Shown here: piece by piece, positions 1 through 10,601 of the stretch
Layout of the letters: each line of letters opens with the position of its first letter
Position numbering within the stretch: the stretch's first letter is position 1
Notes under the pieces: model-generated
The model's input: the letters and a program-made list of their open reading frames with translations, nothing else
Told to the model about the DNA's origin: nothing
The model's database searches: none
Program-made: the position numbers and the translations under genes
Assembly (NCBI GenBank): GCA_963789265.1
Contig: CAWBKB010000003.1
Coordinates: 128,001 to 192,000, forward strand
Origin: an uncultured delta proteobacterium
GTDB taxonomy: Bacteria > Desulfobacterota > Desulfomonilia > Desulfomonilales > Desulfomonilaceae
Direction: 5' to 3'
DNA: 64,000 bases

Positions 1-1216
1 GCCTGATATCGTGATCAGTAGCCGGATTGAGGTATTTGTGGACCGTTTTGGAGATTTTGACTCTTATCGCTTTGCGGACCAGCGGGTTGACGTCGGATTC
101 GAGGGTCTCACGGGCGTGCTCATTGTCGCCGAAAACCAGACGGACTTTCTCGAGTATAGGCAGGGTAACGACGTCCTGCCCCTCGAAGAGTTCGTTTATC
201 AAGGCCAGTTCGGTAGTGATTCGATCCGTCGCGGTTACGCCTTCGTCGAGCAAGCGCATAGCTTCGATAATCAAGTTCTGCATTCCTGCATGAATGACTT
301 CCCGAACTTCTTCGCCGCCCCGGCTGATGCAAAAATCGGCGTTGGGCCAAGCCAAAATCTGATAGGCTGCATCGACTCCCGTGAGACTTGCAAGAGAAGC
401 ATTCACGATTCTGCCTCCCTTGAAATACAAGTCTCCTTCTTCGCCATCCCGTTTCAGCCGGCACACGGCCTGTTTTGAGTTCATCTCGAATATCTCTGAT
501 ATTTCAAAGACGTTCATGACCCTGAAGTGCCCTTCCACCTTCCAGTGTCTGCTGGCTTCGTTTTCGAAGGGATCCACGTCCGGCGTATGTTCAAGGGCGG
601 CCATAACCAAATTGAGAGTGTTGATGCTTACCCTATTACGTATGTTTTGCGGCGGAGCGTGGACATACTCGAAGGCAGCGTCGATCCATCCGAAAGCCTT
701 GTAAATGGCTTCAAGTCCTTCGCTTTCTCCCGCCACAGCGCCAACCACCCTGCCGCTTTCCGTGTACACTGTTGCAATTTCTTCGCCCCTGCTCAGGGTA
801 ATGCAAACCGAGCGGTTATTGTGATCAATGGCCTGGAGCAGCTCCCCGAGCCCAAGCAGTCCGATGTTTCCTCTCACCGATTCACTGTCTGTACGAGCTT
901 CTGCCTCCGCCTTTGCCCCTGAACCCACCTTCTCTATTACCTTCAGGACAATTTCGCGGATAGGATCGGGAAGTTCCGGCTTGTCCGGCCTGTTGAACCA
1001 ATTTCTGGCCGCCGGGATCAGATTTTTTCTGGCTTGTGACGATATTTCGGGATCAGAGTCCCGGGACAAGTAGCAGAGGATTATCAGAGTGTCGTGCAAA
1101 GTGAACTCGGCCTGCATGGCCGCGGCTTGCATCTTCTTTTCGCGGGTTGCCTTGACACCTATGAATTTTGCCAAGCGCGATCCTACGGCTACTATTTTTT
1201 TTTCACCGTCGGGCAT
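1..1216 (-). CDS. Protein with two tandem DUF4388/PATAN-like domains (3' end runs off the window; absent from the ORF track)
   Basis: Manual translation from ATG 1216 gives 405 codons with no stop: MPDGEKKIVAVG...VRGNIGLLGLGELLQAIDHNNRSVCITLSRGEEIATVYTESGRVVGA...GLEAIYKAFGW, then a second unit VEGHFRVMNVFEISEIFEMNSKQAVCRLKRDGEEGDLYFKGGRIVNA...GVDAAYQILAW...MQNLIIEAMRLLDE. Confidence 0.75.
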   Translation of the reverse strand, partial: MPDGEKKIVAVGSRLAKFIGVKATREKKMQAAAMQAEFTLHDTLIILCYLSRDSDPEISSQARKNLIPAARNWFNRPDKPELPDPIREIVLKVIEKVGSGAKAEAEARTDSESVRGNIGLLGLGELLQAIDHNNRSVCITLSRGEEIATVYTESGRVVGAVAGESEGLEAIYKAFGWIDAAFEYVHAPPQNIRNRVSINTLNLVMAALEHTPDVDPFENEASRHWKVEGHFRVMNVFEISEIFEMNSKQAVCRLKRDGEEGDLYFKGGRIVNASLASLTGVDAAYQILAWPNADFCISRGGEEVREVIHAGMQNLIIEAMRLLDEGVTATDRITTELALINELFEGQDVVTLPILEKVRLVFGDNEHARETLESDVNPLVRKAIRVKISKTVHKYLNPATDHDIR

Positions 1217-1575
1217 CAGGTTTCTTGACCTCAACTATATGCCGGATAGGGCATGTATTGTCGCGGATAGTAGGAGCGAGGAGCTAATTTGTCAACATTG
1301 CACAGCATCCCGGTGCTTGCCACGAAGAGACTCATTGAGTATTGTTACCCCGTGAGCTGCACGAAGCTCCCGGAAGCGATGGTCGGGATCAAGCCCCACA
1401 GCTTTAATAAGCGAATAAGCCAGGCCAGCGGCTGCCCGCACTCCCTGTCCTTCTTGGAAGAGAACTGATCAACCCCTGAAGGTCACGCTCTATGATTACC
1501 CGGTCATGGTTCCGAGCCTACAGCGGATCATGCGCTCCTCAACGTGGATCGGTAAGTCTAATAGTCCGGGGCCGC

Positions 1576-2505
1576 ATGTTCGACTCCTCTCTCAATCCTG
1601 TTGATCCGCTGGAAGATGCCGTACTGTGCACCGTCGCCATAGGCAAAAGGCTCGACAAAAGAAGGGACTGGAACGGGTCAAGGACTTCTCCTGCTCGATC
1701 GCCCATCCTGTGCTTGCTTATCGGAGTCTGTGCTGCGCTCACGATGGTGGGTTGCGCGAAGAAGGTTGTTCGTCACGGGATACCGTTTGAACTGGACAGC
1801 GTGTTCACGGGAACCCCGTCCACCAAGGAGGAGTCGTGGAAGGAAAAAGGCATCCGCCTGGCGAAAGAAAAGGATTATTCGCAAGCCATCGAAGCATTTA
1901 TGCAACAAGTCCTTGAGGAGCCGGAAAGCTTTTTCGGCTTCAATGCAATCGCTGTCTGCTACAAGAACCTGGGTGACCATGCCAATGCAATGAAAAACTT
2001 TGAGCGAGCTCTCGAATTTACCAACTCGCGCGAGGAGAAAGCAAAGGTACTGGCCAACATCGGGAACCTCTATTTCTCGGCAAACAAGCCGCAGGTGGCA
2101 CTGGGCTACTACAAAGAAGCGGCCTCGGAGTTTCCCAAGGATCCCCTCTATCTGGTTCTCATTGCCAGGACTTTTGTAATCCTGAATGATTACGACCGGG
2201 CCAGGAAAGTGCTCGCTGCAGCAGAACACATCCACAAGAACTTGGAAAATTACGAACGTGGCGAAGACAAAGGGCTGGGATCATATCTGGCGGCGTATTG
2301 CTATTTGGCTCTGAATGACGAGAAGAAAGGGTTCAAATATCTGGAGAGTGCGCTCAAGGCCAATCCCGAAAAGTACGTCCCGCGGATCGAAAAAGATGCC
2401 TCGGATGAGAGGAACCTGTTATATACTTTAAGGGACGATCCGGTGCTCGAGAAGACCATAGCAAAGTACGCTGCAAAAACTGAACATCCTCCTCAGAGTG
2501 ATTGA
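1576..2505 (+). CDS. Tetratricopeptide-repeat protein, probable lipoprotein (start uncertain)
   Basis: Hydrophobic segment plus lipobox-like LTMVGC; TPR-like helices (FNAIAVCYKNLGDHANAMKNFERALE, LANIGNLYFSANKPQVALGYYKEA). Confidence 0.75.
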   Translation: MFDSSLNPVDPLEDAVLCTVAIGKRLDKRRDWNGSRTSPARSPILCLLIGVCAALTMVGCAKKVVRHGIPFELDSVFTGTPSTKEESWKEKGIRLAKEKDYSQAIEAFMQQVLEEPESFFGFNAIAVCYKNLGDHANAMKNFERALEFTNSREEKAKVLANIGNLYFSANKPQVALGYYKEAASEFPKDPLYLVLIARTFVILNDYDRARKVLAAAEHIHKNLENYERGEDKGLGSYLAAYCYLALNDEKKGFKYLESALKANPEKYVPRIEKDASDERNLLYTLRDDPVLEKTIAKYAAKTEHPPQSD

Positions 2506-2629
2506 CAGTATGGCTTCCGAGGATTCTTCTGGACAATAGCCCCAATCATGATAATAATTCAGTGAGACGTTAGTGAATTGACGATCTCAAAGGGGCCACT
2601 GGCGGAGTGCGGATTTCCTGGAGGAGCCC

Positions 2630-4201
2630 GTGAAAAGAAGATTTGGCGAACTGCTCGATAGCGCCGGTCTGATGTTTCGGGAAATCGACAAATGCTTCAC
2701 GGTTACCTTCGCTAATGACCTTCTAAAAAAGAGGCTCGGAGACCCGCATGGCCATATCTGCCATAAGTTTACGGCCGGCCGCGATGACGCATGCGTGGAC
2801 TGTGCAGTACAGAAAGTTTTCAATGGCGCGGATCGCGCAGTGTCAAACCACGAGCGACGTGATAAGGACGGCCGGGTCACCTGGCTTGAACACACTGCGA
2901 CGCCTATCAAGAACGATGCCGGAGAAGTAATCGGGGCAAATGAGTTGACCATCGATATTACACATCGCAAGCAAACCGAAGAATGGCTGGAAGACTCGGA
3001 CCGGCTTTATCGCAATCTGGTAGAACAGGTTCCTGATGTCATATTTTCACTCGATCCCAGGGGAATCTTTACTTTTGTGAATACCCAGGTGGAAAATTTC
3101 CTCGGATACCCGGTTGACCGGATTCTTGAAACTCCTCTCAAGCAGTATGTGGTTCCTGAAGACAGGGAGCTAGTGGAGACCATCCTGACCTTGGAGCCTG
3201 AAGCGATATGGGATGAGGAGATTGCGATCCTGGATTCCCGGGGGGCTAAAAAGGTTGCCAGGATTCGATGCAAAGCGTCGTTCAAAGGTGGCCGGCGTCC
3301 TGTGGGATTCGAGGGCGTGATGCGAGACAGGACAGTCCGGCGCAAACTGGAAGAAGAGCTCAAGGCGTCCAAAGAGGCTTTGGTAGAGAAGATAAGGATT
3401 ATAGATGAGCTTTACGAGCACATAGTTCAGTCCGGCAAGTGCAAGGCCATTGAGGAACATACCGCTGAAGTGGCGCACGAACTACGACAACCGTTGGCCA
3501 TCGTGGGCGGATTTGCCAGAAGAATGGCGCGTCAGTTTGATTCCTCGGAACCACCTGACGTGGAACGGCAAAAACAATATACGAGGATAATTGTACATGA
3601 GATCCAACGGCTGGAGAAGATACTGGACCGGCTTATCGATTTCACCAAACGCGAAAGCGTGAAGCTCCAGCGAATAAACCCGAACGAACTGATTGAGTAC
3701 ATTCTAGGAGTAACCGAAGCTCGGATGGGTGAGAAAGAAATTAGGCTGAACTTGAGTCTGGGCCCTGAAATAGGAGAAATTCCTCTTGACCCGGGCCGCT
3801 TTCAACAGTTGGTGCTAAATCTAGTGTCAAATGCCATCGAGGCTTCTCCTCTGGGAGGTGCAATCGATTTGGAGACGGGCGTTTCCATCCCGAGCGAGAA
3901 AGCGGTCAGAACGGGGGAATTGGCATCGGCTGGATATTTTGAACTGAAGATCCGAAATAACGGGCAGGGCATCCCGCCCGAGGCTTTGCAGAAAGTATTC
4001 AATCCCTTTTTCACCACCAAGGCGCAGGGCACTGGTTTGGGATTAACGGTGACGAAGAAGATTGTAGAAGATCACAATGGCTCTATCTCGGTAAAATCAG
4101 ACACAGGCGGAACCCTCTTCACCATTTGGCTACCGCTCAACCAACCCGAAGGCCGTAACTCCTTCGGCTTCGTGCAACCGGCTCTCGGAGCCTTGGACTG
4201 A
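2630..4201 (+). CDS. Cytoplasmic PAS/PAC sensor histidine kinase
   Basis: Two PAS domains; H-box VAHELRQPL, N-box NLVSNAIEA, G boxes NNGQGI, FNPFFTTK and GTGLGL. Confidence 0.92.
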   Translation: MKRRFGELLDSAGLMFREIDKCFTVTFANDLLKKRLGDPHGHICHKFTAGRDDACVDCAVQKVFNGADRAVSNHERRDKDGRVTWLEHTATPIKNDAGEVIGANELTIDITHRKQTEEWLEDSDRLYRNLVEQVPDVIFSLDPRGIFTFVNTQVENFLGYPVDRILETPLKQYVVPEDRELVETILTLEPEAIWDEEIAILDSRGAKKVARIRCKASFKGGRRPVGFEGVMRDRTVRRKLEEELKASKEALVEKIRIIDELYEHIVQSGKCKAIEEHTAEVAHELRQPLAIVGGFARRMARQFDSSEPPDVERQKQYTRIIVHEIQRLEKILDRLIDFTKRESVKLQRINPNELIEYILGVTEARMGEKEIRLNLSLGPEIGEIPLDPGRFQQLVLNLVSNAIEASPLGGAIDLETGVSIPSEKAVRTGELASAGYFELKIRNNGQGIPPEALQKVFNPFFTTKAQGTGLGLTVTKKIVEDHNGSISVKSDTGGTLFTIWLPLNQPEGRNSFGFVQPALGALD

Positions 4202-4222
4202 ATCTCTTTCCCGCCCAACGGT

Positions 4223-5132
4223 TCAGGCGATCAACAAATCCCGTAGCGCATCTTCAATATTGGAGAATTTGAACTTAAAACCCCGGGTCTGAAGAGCGCG
4301 CGGGACTACTCTTTGCCCCTTTAGAACCACTGACCCGAATTCACCCATAAGCGACCTGATCATGAATGACGGAGCGGGCATTATGGAAGGCCGCCGGAGG
4401 ACTTTGCCGACAGCCTCGGCAAGATCTTTGTTTCTTGCGGGCACCAGCGCCGTAAAATTTGTCGGCCCGTTTATCTCATTCTCGGCTATAACGAAGCCCG
4501 CAGCGCGGCACAGATCCTGTATATGAATCCAGGAGAACCACTGCCTTCCCCTTCCCAGGGGCCCCCCGATGAACAGGCGGAAGGGAAGAATCATCTGCGG
4601 TAGAGCGCCCCCATCTTTTCCAAGCACAATGCCGAAACGGGCCAAGACCACGCGGGCCCCTTTTTCTTGTGCCCTCGATGCCTCAGCTTCCCAGTCCCGG
4701 GCCAGGACCGCGAGAAAATCATTACCAGGTGGGGCAGTTTCATCCAGTTCCTCATCTCCGGTAAAGCCGTAATAGCCCACAGCCGAAGTACTCACCAAGG
4801 TGACCGAACTCCCGGTTTCCGCCGGAATCGCATCAACCAGATTTCCGGTCGTCATAATTCGCGTGTCCCGCAAAAGCTCTTTGTAAGCCGCGGTCCATCT
4901 CTTGAAAATCGGGACTCCGGCTAGATTAATCAACACATCGTGGCCTGCAATCGCATTCTGCCATGCGCCTGCTCTGGTTCCCTCGCCCACTACGTACGAT
5001 TCCCCTGTCGGCAAAAGCTTCCCCTTTGCCTCGCTCCGAACCAGAACCGGTAACCTCATGGCCTTCGTCGAGAAAAAACCGGCCGAGATAGCTTCCGACA
5101 AAACCGTTAGCGCCGGTAATAAAGATCTTCAT
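4223..5132 (-). CDS. TIGR01777-family NAD-dependent epimerase/oxidoreductase (one frameshift near 5045)
   Basis: True N-terminus MKIFITGANGFVG is in another frame from ATG 5132; body has INLAG, STSAVGYYG, RFGIVLG and SWIHIQD. Confidence 0.88.
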
Positions 5133-5187
5133 GGTTTGTGTTCCCCCCTTTCCTCCGGCACCATTGGCAAGGCCGAAGTGTTTTGTA

Positions 5188-5765
5188 TCAATTTTCGTAC
5201 TTGTTTCCCACGTCTGGAACTGCACAGTCGGCTTCAGAGCAACAGCACGTCCCGCCGGAGGCCTTTTCTTCCCATTCGGCGCAGACATCATTGGGACCGG
5301 CCGGCCGAGCCTCAATTATTTCGAGATCGTATTGCAGAGCCAAACCCGCAAGCGCATGATTCAGGTCAATGATAAGGAATCTCCCCGCACTTCTCGAATC
5401 ATTACAGTGTCCGGTGCGTCGGTAGGGTTTGCGATCAGCGGCAGTTCCATCCCCGGATAAGGCTGGTAGCCCGGCGGGAAATGAAAATCCGCCTTACTCT
5501 TCTCGATGACCAATTCCTCGTGCCGCTGCCCAAAGGCCTCTTCAGGTGGAACGGTGAAAGAGAGTTTCTCGCCTGTACTGCGCCCGACAAGGCGTCGTTC
5601 AAGGCCCGGGATCACGTGTCCGTAACCGGTCACGAAGTCCATAACCTCGCGCTCTCCGTCTCCCTTGAGTACCGGGCCGTTCTCTACTCGAACCGTGTAT
5701 CTTATTTTGACATAGCAGCTTCGTTCGGAAATTTTGCACGCCCGGCGTACCCCGCTTTCGGTCAT
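5188..5765 (-). CDS. slyD: FKBP-type peptidyl-prolyl isomerase, SlyD-like (frameshift near 5375)
   Basis: GYGHVIPGLERRL, VPPEEAFG and an insert-in-flap domain; continues in another frame as IDLNHALAGLALQYDLEIIEARPA...CCCSEADC to TGA at 5188. Confidence 0.82.
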
Positions 5766-5814
5766 GAAACGTTCCTCCTGGAGAAAAACTCAACTACTTC
5801 CAAACCCAAGATAG

Positions 5815-6786
5815 TCATCGCATCCAGCATCTCACAAGGTGGCCTGAAGATTTCTTCTCGAGGGCCGGCGCTTCTTTGCATATTTCCTGAACTTCCGGGC
5901 ATCGATCCTGAAAGGTGCAGCCCCGCGGAAGATTCCGCATGTCCGGCACCATTCCTTTGATTACGTGCAATCGGGATTTGCCTTTTGCCTCTTCACCTAA
6001 ATGGGGAATCGACTCCAGCAGTCCTATCGTGTACGGGTGCTGCGGCGAAGAAAAAAGGCTATCCACAGGAGCTTCTTCAACAATCTTCCCAGTGTACATG
6101 ACCGCAACTCGGTCGGCCATCTCCGCGACCACTCCCAGGTCATGAGTGATTAGAATAATTCCCGTGCCTTTTTCGGTCTTGATCCCGTTCATTAATTCCA
6201 AGATCTGGGCCTGTATGGTGACATCCAGGGCGGTCGTCGGTTCATCTGCCAATATCAGCTTCGGATCACATGCCAAAGCCATGGCTATCATGACCCGTTG
6301 CCGCATGCCGCCGCTCAACTGGTGGGGATAATCCTTCGCCCTCTTTTCAGGGGATGGGATTCCCACTTTTCTGAGCATGACCACGGCTGCGTCAGCCGCC
6401 TCGCTCTTGGACATGTTGCGGTGAACGCGAAAGACCTCAGCAATTTGGTTCTGGACCTTGAAGACGGGGTTCAGGGAGGTCATGGGCTCCTGGAAAATCA
6501 TAGATATATCGTTTCCCCGGATCTTGCGCATTTGCGGTTCGCTCAATTTCAGCAAGTCGGCCCTTTCGAAGAGGATGCCGCCGGAAACTATTTTTCCAGG
6601 CGGGGATGGAATAAGACGCATGATCGAGAGGGCAGTAACGCTCTTGCCGCAGCCTGATTCCCCGACGAGTCCAACTGTTTCGCCGTATCCCACGCTCAGG
6701 TCCACGCCGTCGACCGCGGCGGCTGTACCATCCTCGGTTGTAAAGACGGTTCGCAGACCGCTTATCTTGAGAAGCTGGTTCGTCAT
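5815..6786 (-). CDS. oppD: Oligopeptide/dipeptide ABC transporter ATP-binding subunit (OppD/DppD type)
   Basis: [41 protein letters not shown] and C-terminal GCTFQDRC...VRCW. Confidence 0.9.
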   Translation of the reverse strand: MTNQLLKISGLRTVFTTEDGTAAAVDGVDLSVGYGETVGLVGESGCGKSVTALSIMRLIPSPPGKIVSGGILFERADLLKLSEPQMRKIRGNDISMIFQEPMTSLNPVFKVQNQIAEVFRVHRNMSKSEAADAAVVMLRKVGIPSPEKRAKDYPHQLSGGMRQRVMIAMALACDPKLILADEPTTALDVTIQAQILELMNGIKTEKGTGIILITHDLGVVAEMADRVAVMYTGKIVEEAPVDSLFSSPQHPYTIGLLESIPHLGEEAKGKSRLHVIKGMVPDMRNLPRGCTFQDRCPEVQEICKEAPALEKKSSGHLVRCWMR

Positions 6787-6963
6787 GTTTGATGCCGGTT
6801 CGCTGTTAAGTACGGGCACGCATGCCGAACCCGTACTAGTGAACTGCCAATTTGTCGATAACGTGGCATTCCTTGCCTAATGCACATTGCGTATAAATCA
6901 CTACGCCCTCGAAGAGAAAATCTCAAGGGTATGGCCCGAGTTTGCCAAAGGTTTGAAGTGGCT

Positions 6964-7320
6964 TCAGATGTCGAGGTGGGGCAGAATGAAGAAAGCGCCG
7001 AAAAAACCACTTCCGAAACACAGCAGAGACACGAGAAGCGCCATCACCAGGAAGGAACTGCGATAGAGGAAAGCGTCGAGCGCCGAACAGGCCCATATTC
7101 CTACTGCAATGAGCAAGGATGGGGTCTGAACATCGTACTCCACATTATGCGTTACGAACAGAGGTACAAGGTAGAGCGCAACGTTGGCGAAAAACAGAAG
7201 TCCGGCGAAGATCCTGCCGCGAACCATTTGGCCCAAACCGGGAAATATCAGGGACAGAACCGCGGAATAAACCCTGGATCTTCCTTTCCTTTCTGTGCCG
7301 CGATCCTTGTTTTCCCGCAT
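6964..7320 (-). CDS. Small hypothetical membrane protein
   Basis: 118 aa with 3-4 hydrophobic segments and an LSLIFPGLGQ motif. Confidence 0.65.
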   Translation of the reverse strand: MRENKDRGTERKGRSRVYSAVLSLIFPGLGQMVRGRIFAGLLFFANVALYLVPLFVTHNVEYDVQTPSLLIAVGIWACSALDAFLYRSSFLVMALLVSLLCFGSGFFGAFFILPHLDI

Positions 7321-7400
7321 ATCTTCAACTCCGTGTCAGCATTCTTATGCACCTATAGTAGAAGAGCCTTGGCAAGTCAATGCCCGGCCGGACCGGTTCA

Positions 7401-7967
7401 TCAATAATCTATGCCTTTTTGCGGCTCAATCCCCTCGCGATACGCGTGCTTGATTTCATTGACTTCCGAGACTGTGTGGGCTCTCTTTATCACTTCCGGA
7501 TGCGCGTCTCGCCCCGTCAGAACCAGATGCATCAGCGGCGGCTTGCTGTTGATCAGGTCCAGGACTTGTGAAAGATCCACCAGCCGAAGTTTCAGTGCGT
7601 TATTAATTTCATCGCAGACCAGAATGTCGAATTTTCCCGACAGCATCTTTTCCTTGGCAAGTTCGATCGCGTCCTGGGCATTTGCCCGATGTTCCTCGTA
7701 CGGGTACGGGTTCCCCTGGATTCCGCAGAATCCTTTACCCGTAAGGTGATGTTCCACTTGAGGGGCAAGTGCCTTCAACGCGTCGATTTCCCCGGTGTAC
7801 ATGTCCCCTTTCATAAACTGGACCAGACAAACACGCAATCCGTGCCCCACCGCGCGCAGGACCATTCCCAGCGCGGATGTGGTCTTCCCTTTGCCGTATC
7901 CGGTGATCACTACAATCAGCCCGACTTTCTCTTTCGGCTCCAACATTTGCAATGCCGGTTCGTCCAT
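7401..7967 (-). CDS. cobO: Cob(I)yrinic acid a,c-diamide adenosyltransferase (CobA/BtuR type)
   Basis: TGYGKGKTTSALG, VQFMKG, DEINNA, LVLTGRDA and KHAY...GIDY. Confidence 0.93.
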   Translation of the reverse strand: MDEPALQMLEPKEKVGLIVVITGYGKGKTTSALGMVLRAVGHGLRVCLVQFMKGDMYTGEIDALKALAPQVEHHLTGKGFCGIQGNPYPYEEHRANAQDAIELAKEKMLSGKFDILVCDEINNALKLRLVDLSQVLDLINSKPPLMHLVLTGRDAHPEVIKRAHTVSEVNEIKHAYREGIEPQKGIDY

Positions 7968-8172
7968 GAAGGTAGCCTCCGTTTGTCGCTTTGTTCTTAC
8001 GAATAATATAAGACGCGCAGATCCCAAAATCCCCACTATTCCCTTCGCGTGTACCTGCGCATGGGTGGAAAGTGGTTGACGTGCGGGAGGAACGTGATAG
8101 CAAAGAGTGTATAACCAGCCATTGAGCCGCTGATTGGACTATTCATCCCGGAGACGGTGGGGAGTGCAAGAG

Positions 8173-8553
8173 ATGATACGCTACCTGATTGCTTGGGTTG
8201 CGATGGTTTTCATCGCGGTTGGCAACGGTGCCGTTCGCCAACTGACCTTCGGGAAGCACATGTCTGAACTCCATGCTCATCAACTATCAACTGCGGTGGG
8301 CATAGTTCTGCTCGGAGTTTTCATCTGGGCAGTGATCCGTGCATGGCCCCCGCCGTCAGGAATTCATGCACTTGCAATCGGCTTCATCTGGTTAGTGCTA
8401 ACCGCCGCATTCGAGTGTGTGTTCGGTCACTTTGTTGCAGGTCATTCGTGGTCGCAACTGCTCCATGATTACAACTTACTAGAGGGGCGCGGTTGGGTCC
8501 TGGTGCTTGTCTGGATCGTTCTGTCACCCTATTTCTTCTATCGTCTCGGCTAG
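8173..8553 (+). CDS. Hypothetical four-TM membrane protein
   Basis: About 126 aa, four hydrophobic helices, motifs NGAVRQ and FECVFGHF...SWSQLLHDYNLLEGRGW. Confidence 0.7.
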   Translation: MIRYLIAWVAMVFIAVGNGAVRQLTFGKHMSELHAHQLSTAVGIVLLGVFIWAVIRAWPPPSGIHALAIGFIWLVLTAAFECVFGHFVAGHSWSQLLHDYNLLEGRGWVLVLVWIVLSPYFFYRLG

Positions 8554-8742
8554 ATTTCAGATGTAGCGATGCTCGAAAATAATTTCGGACTGCGCATTAG
8601 ATTTATCCGACGTTCGGGGCAAAATTCTGGGTGAGCGCAACGAGACGCTTTCGAACAGGATAGAAACCCTTATCCTAATTTTGGACGACAAAAAGATGGA
8701 GGATTTCGTAACCATCCACTTAGGCGGGGGATCTTCTGCACC

Positions 8743-8889
8743 TTGTCATTGCGAGGAGTGCATGGTGGGACAGGCTTCCAGCCTGTCTATTAGGGATGAC
8801 GGGCAAGATGCCCGTCCCACCGGCAATCTAAGCGGCGTTTAAAGAAAAAGATTGCTTCGTCCCGCGGGAGGCGGGACTTGTAATGACAA
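8743..8889. repeat. Nested palindromic repeat: outer TGTCATTGCGAG...GCAATCT / AGATTGCTTCG...AATGACA arms enclosing a REP-like doublet (8764-8821) and a small GC hairpin (8859-8877)
   Basis: Outer arms match the uninterrupted copy at 62911-62983; inner arm GACGGGCAAGATGCCCGTCC recurs at 53100. Confidence 0.8.
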
Positions 8890-9096
8890 TCTCTTCCCGC
8901 GCGTAAGTGAATGCTTACAGGATTTTCTATATTTACGTTGCTTTCTTGGAGGCACAGAAGATTTCCTTGCACGAGAAGAAATACTTTTTGAGTAGGACTA
9001 CTAAGGCTCCGCCGCTAAAGGTTGCCAAAGACCCTCATCGCCACTATTTGTTCGTCCCATCTTGACATGGCGGGCCTCCACTTCGCCTCGCCCTTT

Positions 9097-10167
9097 TCAC
9101 CACCCCATAAGAGCGACGGTCGCCTCGAAGATTCTGGGACCGCTAATTCCCTCAAGGCATTTGCGATCCGCACAAGATCGCTTGCGGCAAGCCAGGCAAT
9201 CAAGCTCAGTGCGGCGGATTACTATGTGTCCTTCCCCGTACGGCCCCACTTTCGCGGGATCTGTCGGCCCGAAGAGCGCTACCACCCGAGTCCCGGCGAA
9301 TGCGGCAATATGCATAGGGCCGGAATCTGCTCCTACGTATACATCAGCCGCTTCGATCAAGGCTACGGCTTCGGCCAAATCTAGCCTGCCGGCAGCGATT
9401 ATGGGCCGTTGTTTCATCTGCTCCGAAATCGTTCGTATGTACGATGCGTCCGCGGGGCTCCCCGCAAAGACCACGGCAGCACCTGCACGCTGGATTAGAA
9501 GATCGGCCAGTTCGGCCCATCCTTCCACAGTCCAGAATTTGGTGGCCCAGCGCGCCGCGGGATTTGCGTATACAAGTCGGGCGCCTTCGGCCACGCCGGA
9601 TTCGTGGAGAAACTCTTTGATCCTCTCGCGAGCCTTTGGAGCGACGACAATTCGGTAATCTTCCGGTAGGGTGGAACATCCGAGGTAATCCGCAAAGGAT
9701 GAATTCTTGTCCACCGCGTGTCTTTTATCAGGGTTGCTCCCGACAAGGCGATGCTGAAAGAGCGTGTTCAATTCTTTAGCATCCCGGAACCCTATCCTCA
9801 GCCCGCCAGGATTTGCGAGAGCCAAAAGTCCGCTCCTGAACGAGGCATGAAGGTCGAGGACAAGATCGTACGGGCGATCTTTGAATCTTTTTCTGAGGTT
9901 GCGAAGAGTCGCCATTGTTGCCGAAGCTGCGCTTATGAATGCTCCCCGAGGAGCTTGAGGATCGCTGGTGGATGGTATGGAGATCGGAATTATTTCGTCG
10001 ATTGCGGGATCGCTCTCGATAATCGCTTGGAAGCCCTTCTGAACGATCCATCCGATTGAACACGAGGGATAATTGCGCTTGAGTGCGTGTACCAGAGGCA
10101 GCGTGTGGACAACATCTCCCAGGGAGCTCGGTTTCACTATGAGTATGCGCTTGCTGAAAAGGTCCAT
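9097..10167 (-). CDS. GT9-family LPS heptosyltransferase (WaaC/WaaF-like)
   Basis: RILIVKPSSLGDVVH, YDLVLDL and GADSGPMHIAA...ALFGPT; probable start MDLFSKR at 10167. Confidence 0.9.
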   Translation of the reverse strand: MDLFSKRILIVKPSSLGDVVHTLPLVHALKRNYPSCSIGWIVQKGFQAIIESDPAIDEIIPISIPSTSDPQAPRGAFISAASATMATLRNLRKRFKDRPYDLVLDLHASFRSGLLALANPGGLRIGFRDAKELNTLFQHRLVGSNPDKRHAVDKNSSFADYLGCSTLPEDYRIVVAPKARERIKEFLHESGVAEGARLVYANPAARWATKFWTVEGWAELADLLIQRAGAAVVFAGSPADASYIRTISEQMKQRPIIAAGRLDLAEAVALIEAADVYVGADSGPMHIAAFAGTRVVALFGPTDPAKVGPYGEGHIVIRRTELDCLACRKRSCADRKCLEGISGPRIFEATVALMGW

Positions 10168-10180
10168 TTTTCGGGTTCTT

Positions 10181-10572
10181 CTCGTTCCCGGGCTCTGCCT
10201 GAGAATGCTGTCCTCCCCGGCTCTGCCCGGAATCCCTAGGCCGCCCCTACCAAAGAAGATGTCGTAGGATGCGGTGATCCCCGCTGGGCGCGGGGGAACC
10301 GCATCATTCGAGGCATTCCCTGTGATTACTTGAGTGACGAAAAACCGCGACCGGTGCGGTTCCCACGCCGCAGGCGTGCTCACCAGCACCCTACGCGTGC
10401 TTGAGCATCTTACGTAGGGCGGCCCATGGCCGCCGCCGGGCACGGCCCGCCCTACCTGGCTATTACAAGAACTCTTGCGACATGCCGGGTGCCACTGACC
10501 TAGGTGCCATCCTGGGCACCAGGTCAGTGCAGTTATTTCTGCCATGCATTCCCATGCAGAGCCTGGAACGAG
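10181..10572. repeat. Composite nested REP-like repeat cluster filling the lpxK-GT9 gap
   Basis: Outer inverted arms CTCGTTCCCGGGCTCTGCCTGAGAATGC (10181-10208) / GCATTCCCATGCAGAGCCTGGAACGAG (10546-10572); inner GTAGGATGCGGT...CACCCTAC doublet, GTAGGGCGG...CCGCCCTAC (10414-10455) and a GGGTGCCACTGACC unit shared with the copies near 37130 and 58130. Confidence 0.78.
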
Positions 10573-10601
10573 AATCTTTTATTGTCGTGAGTGAATTTAC
10601 T

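Noticed and set aside
5361..5363. Selenocysteine read-through at TGA stops that end truncated ORFs (slyD, lysS, ena)
   Set aside because: Homology continues in a different frame, not in-frame past the TGA.
10168..10545. 126-aa N-terminal extension of the GT9 heptosyltransferase
   Set aside because: It is read-through across a repeat cluster; GT9 homology begins at MDLFSKRILIVK.
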